From a cyanobacterium endosymbiont of Braarudosphaera bigelowii (GTDB lineage: Bacteria; Cyanobacteriota; Cyanobacteriia; Cyanobacteriales; Microcystaceae), in contig NZ_AP024987.1 of assembly GCF_020885515.1 (NCBI RefSeq), positions 60,001 through 92,000 of the forward strand: 32,000 nt of DNA. Reading direction: 5' to 3'. The position numbers were made by a program, and so were the translations under genes. The notes under the pieces were generated by a model. It saw nothing but the letters and a program-made list of their open reading frames with translations. It had not been told where the DNA came from and did not search any database. This document shows positions 29,948 to 32,000 of this stretch, in pieces. Each line of letters opens with the position of its first letter. Positions within the stretch are counted from its first letter, which is position 1.

Positions 29948-30367
29948 ATGTTAAGTCCTAAAAGAACAAAATTTCGGAAACAACAACGAGGCAGAATGAG
30001 AGGACTAGCCTATCGAGGCAGTACCCTCAATTTTGGAGAATATGCTCTTCAAGCTACTGAACCTTGTTGGATTACTGCTCGTCAAATAGAAGCTGCTCGT
30101 CGTGCTATGACTCGCTACATACGTAGAGGTGGAAAAATCTGGATTCGAATTTTTCCAGACAAACCTGTTACTATGCGTGCAGCAGAGACTCGTATGGGTT
30201 CAGGAAAAGGATCTCCAGAATATTGGGTTGCTGTAGTGAAGCCAGGACGTATTATGTTTGAGCTTTCTGGAGTAACTGAATCTATTGCTCGTGAAGCTAT
30301 GCGTCTTGCTGCACAGAAGCTTCCTATTAAAACAAAGTTCATAACTAGTCAGGAGGAGTACAACTAA
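29948..30367 (+). CDS. rplP: 50S ribosomal protein L16
   Basis: [19 protein letters not shown]...[50 protein letters not shown]. Confidence 0.98.
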   Translation: MLSPKRTKFRKQQRGRMRGLAYRGSTLNFGEYALQATEPCWITARQIEAARRAMTRYIRRGGKIWIRIFPDKPVTMRAAETRMGSGKGSPEYWVAVVKPGRIMFELSGVTESIAREAMRLAAQKLPIKTKFITSQEEYN

Positions 30368-30370
30368 ATC

Positions 30371-30607
30371 ATGTCTCTACCTAAAATTGCAGAAGCTCGG
30401 AGTCTTAGTAATCAAGATTTAGCAGAAGAGATTCTTGCTGCCAAGAAGAAGCTTTTTGAATTAAGATTTCAGCAAGCTACTCGTCAACTAGAAAAGACTC
30501 ACGAGTTTAAACATACTCGTCATCGAATAGCTCAACTATTAACAGTTGAGCAAGAGCGCCAACTTGGTAAAAATAATTCTGAATCAACTCCATTTAAAGA
30601 GGAATAA
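30371..30607 (+). CDS. rpmC: 50S ribosomal protein L29
   Basis: [48 protein letters not shown]; syntenic position. Confidence 0.95.
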   Translation: MSLPKIAEARSLSNQDLAEEILAAKKKLFELRFQQATRQLEKTHEFKHTRHRIAQLLTVEQERQLGKNNSESTPFKEE

Positions 30608-30614
30608 CTTAATT

Positions 30615-30857
30615 ATGGCAGTAAAAGAAAAAGTTGGAGTAGTAGTTAGTACTAAAATGGATAAAACCATTGTGGTAGAAGTAGAAAATCGTTCTCCTCA
30701 CCCAAAGTACGGAAAAATTATTGTAAAAACCAAAAAATTCAAGGCTCATGACCAAGACAATAAATGTCAAAAAGGGGATAGAGTTCGCATTCAAGAAACT
30801 CGACCCCTAAGTAAGACAAAAAGGTGGGTCATGACTGAAATTTTAACCTCTCATTAA
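30615..30857 (+). CDS. rpsQ: 30S ribosomal protein S17 (start corrected from track)
   Basis: [36 protein letters not shown]...[18 protein letters not shown]. The tracked start at 30546 is a TTG inside rpmC; ATG 30615 fits S17 N-termini. Confidence 0.95.
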   Translation: MAVKEKVGVVVSTKMDKTIVVEVENRSPHPKYGKIIVKTKKFKAHDQDNKCQKGDRVRIQETRPLSKTKRWVMTEILTSH

Positions 30858-30875
30858 ATCACCTAAGTTAATATC

Positions 30876-31244
30876 GTGATTCAACAGCAAACTTATCTTA
30901 ATGTCGCCGACAATAGCGGAGCTCGTAAATTAATGTGTTTACGTGTTTTAGGAACCGGAAATTGCCGATATGGGGCGATTGGCGATCAAATCGTTGCCGT
31001 CGTCAAAGACGCTATACCAAATATGCCCGTTAAACGTTCTGATATTGTAAAAGCAGTTATCGTACGAACTCGTCAAGCTATTAACCGTGAGAACGGTATG
31101 AGCATACGTTTCGACGACAATGCTGCTGTAATAATAAATGCGGATGGTAACCCAAAAGGAACTCGTGTTTTTGGTCCTGTAGCAAGAGAACTACGAGATA
31201 AAAGTTATACAAAAATTGTTTCTTTGGCACCGGAGGTACTCTAA
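30876..31244 (+). CDS. rplN: 50S ribosomal protein L14
   Basis: [25 protein letters not shown]...[28 protein letters not shown]; GTG start. Confidence 0.97.
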   Translation: MIQQQTYLNVADNSGARKLMCLRVLGTGNCRYGAIGDQIVAVVKDAIPNMPVKRSDIVKAVIVRTRQAINRENGMSIRFDDNAAVIINADGNPKGTRVFGPVARELRDKSYTKIVSLAPEVL

Positions 31245-31588
31245 TGAGTAAAACAGCTCAACCGAAGCGTTACAAAATGCACGTTAAAGTTGGAGACAAC
31301 ATACAAGTAATTTCTGGAAAAGATAAAGGCAAAATCGGAGAAATTATAAAAATTTTTCCCAAAAGTAGCCAAGTCCTCATAAAAGGAACTAACGTTAAAA
31401 CTAAGCACGTTAAGCCCCAACAAGAAGGAGAATCTGGCCAGATTACTACATTTGAAGCTCCTATCCATAGCTCTAGCGTAATGTTGTATTCCAGTAAAAA
31501 ACAAGTAGCGAGTCGTATTAATTACACTTTTAATGAAGCGGGTAAGAAAGTACGTATTCTGAAAAAAACGGGTGAAATTATCGATTAG
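31244..31588 (+). CDS. rplX: 50S ribosomal protein L24
   Basis: [49 protein letters not shown]. The start overlaps the rplN stop by one base (TAATG). Confidence 0.96.
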   Translation: MSKTAQPKRYKMHVKVGDNIQVISGKDKGKIGEIIKIFPKSSQVLIKGTNVKTKHVKPQQEGESGQITTFEAPIHSSSVMLYSSKKQVASRINYTFNEAGKKVRILKKTGEIID

Positions 31589-31658
31589 TTCGATACTTCC
31601 TAACTAATGATTAACACTTATTTCCCTCTGACAAAGCCCAGAGATAGAGAAAGATACT

Positions 31659-32000
31659 ATGGTTCAATCTAGACTAAAAAATATTTACCAGGAAACTATT
31701 ATAGGTAAACTAAAACAACAGTTTAACTATACCAATGTTCATCAGGTTCCTAAGCTCTTTAAAATTACCATTAATAGAGGTTTAGGAGAGGCATCACAAA
31801 ATGCTAAAGCTCTAGAATCTTCTATTCGTGAGTTGGAAGTTATAACTGGCCAAAAACCAGTTATAACTCGTGCTAAGAAAGCAATTGCAGGTTTTAAAAT
31901 TCGCGAAGGAATGCCGGTAGGTGTTATGGTAACGTTGCGTTCTGAAAAAATGTATGCATTTCTTGATCGACTAATTAATGTAGCTTTACCCAGGATTAGA
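31659..32000 (+). CDS. rplE: 50S ribosomal protein L5 (3' truncated by window edge)
   Basis: Translated by eye from ATG 31659: [114 protein letters not shown]. The frame stays open to base 32000. Confidence 0.95.
   Translation, partial: MVQSRLKNIYQETIIGKLKQQFNYTNVHQVPKLFKITINRGLGEASQNAKALESSIRELEVITGQKPVITRAKKAIAGFKIREGMPVGVMVTLRSEKMYAFLDRLINVALPRIR

Noticed and set aside
30115-30342. 75-aa minus-strand ORF
   Set aside because: Antisense to rplP.
30546-30614. N-terminal extension of S17 ([23 protein letters not shown])
   Set aside because: Starts at a TTG inside rpmC. The true S17 start is ATG 30615.
30609-30794. 61-aa minus-strand ORF
   Set aside because: Antisense to rpsQ.
31241-31504. 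87-aa minus-strand ORF
   Set aside because: Antisense to rplX.

Overview
This is a 32 kb window from a low-GC (roughly 30 percent by eye) cyanobacterial chromosome. The lineage is inferred from gene content: cyAbrB, Ycf45/R3H ATPase, a PSI-accumulation-factor-like protein, CobN/CbiB, NiSOD, and an L3-first ribosomal operon without S10. The low GC, long empty gaps and mosaic gene neighbourhood resemble a reduced, symbiont-like relative of Crocosphaera/Cyanothece, but that assignment is not proven here. Left to right: CPBP protease (open at the left edge), CtaA-like copper P-type ATPase, conserved hypothetical, holB, a CikA-like GAF/histidine kinase with an atypical receiver, cobN, sodN-sodX, cysQ-like, cbiB/cobD, cyAbrB regulator, J-domain membrane protein, a thioredoxin-fold thylakoid protein, glmM, map, two sugar ABC permeases, a Ca/Na exchanger, ycf45, and the ribosomal cluster rplC-D-W-B-rpsS-rplV-rpsC-rplP-rpmC-rpsQ-rplN-X-E (rplE cut by the right edge). 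I found no CRISPR array, transposon, prophage, defence island, rRNA or tRNA. I do not see strong evidence for a wholly new multi-gene system. The best leads are non-coding: a long, probably structured leader upstream of rplC, a run of perfect dyad symmetries flanking cyAbrB, and a hairpin upstream of the Ca/Na exchanger. On the protein side, the leads are the divergent receiver domain, the CXXC-less thioredoxin-like protein, the glmM start without ATG/GTG, and sugar permeases without their partners.
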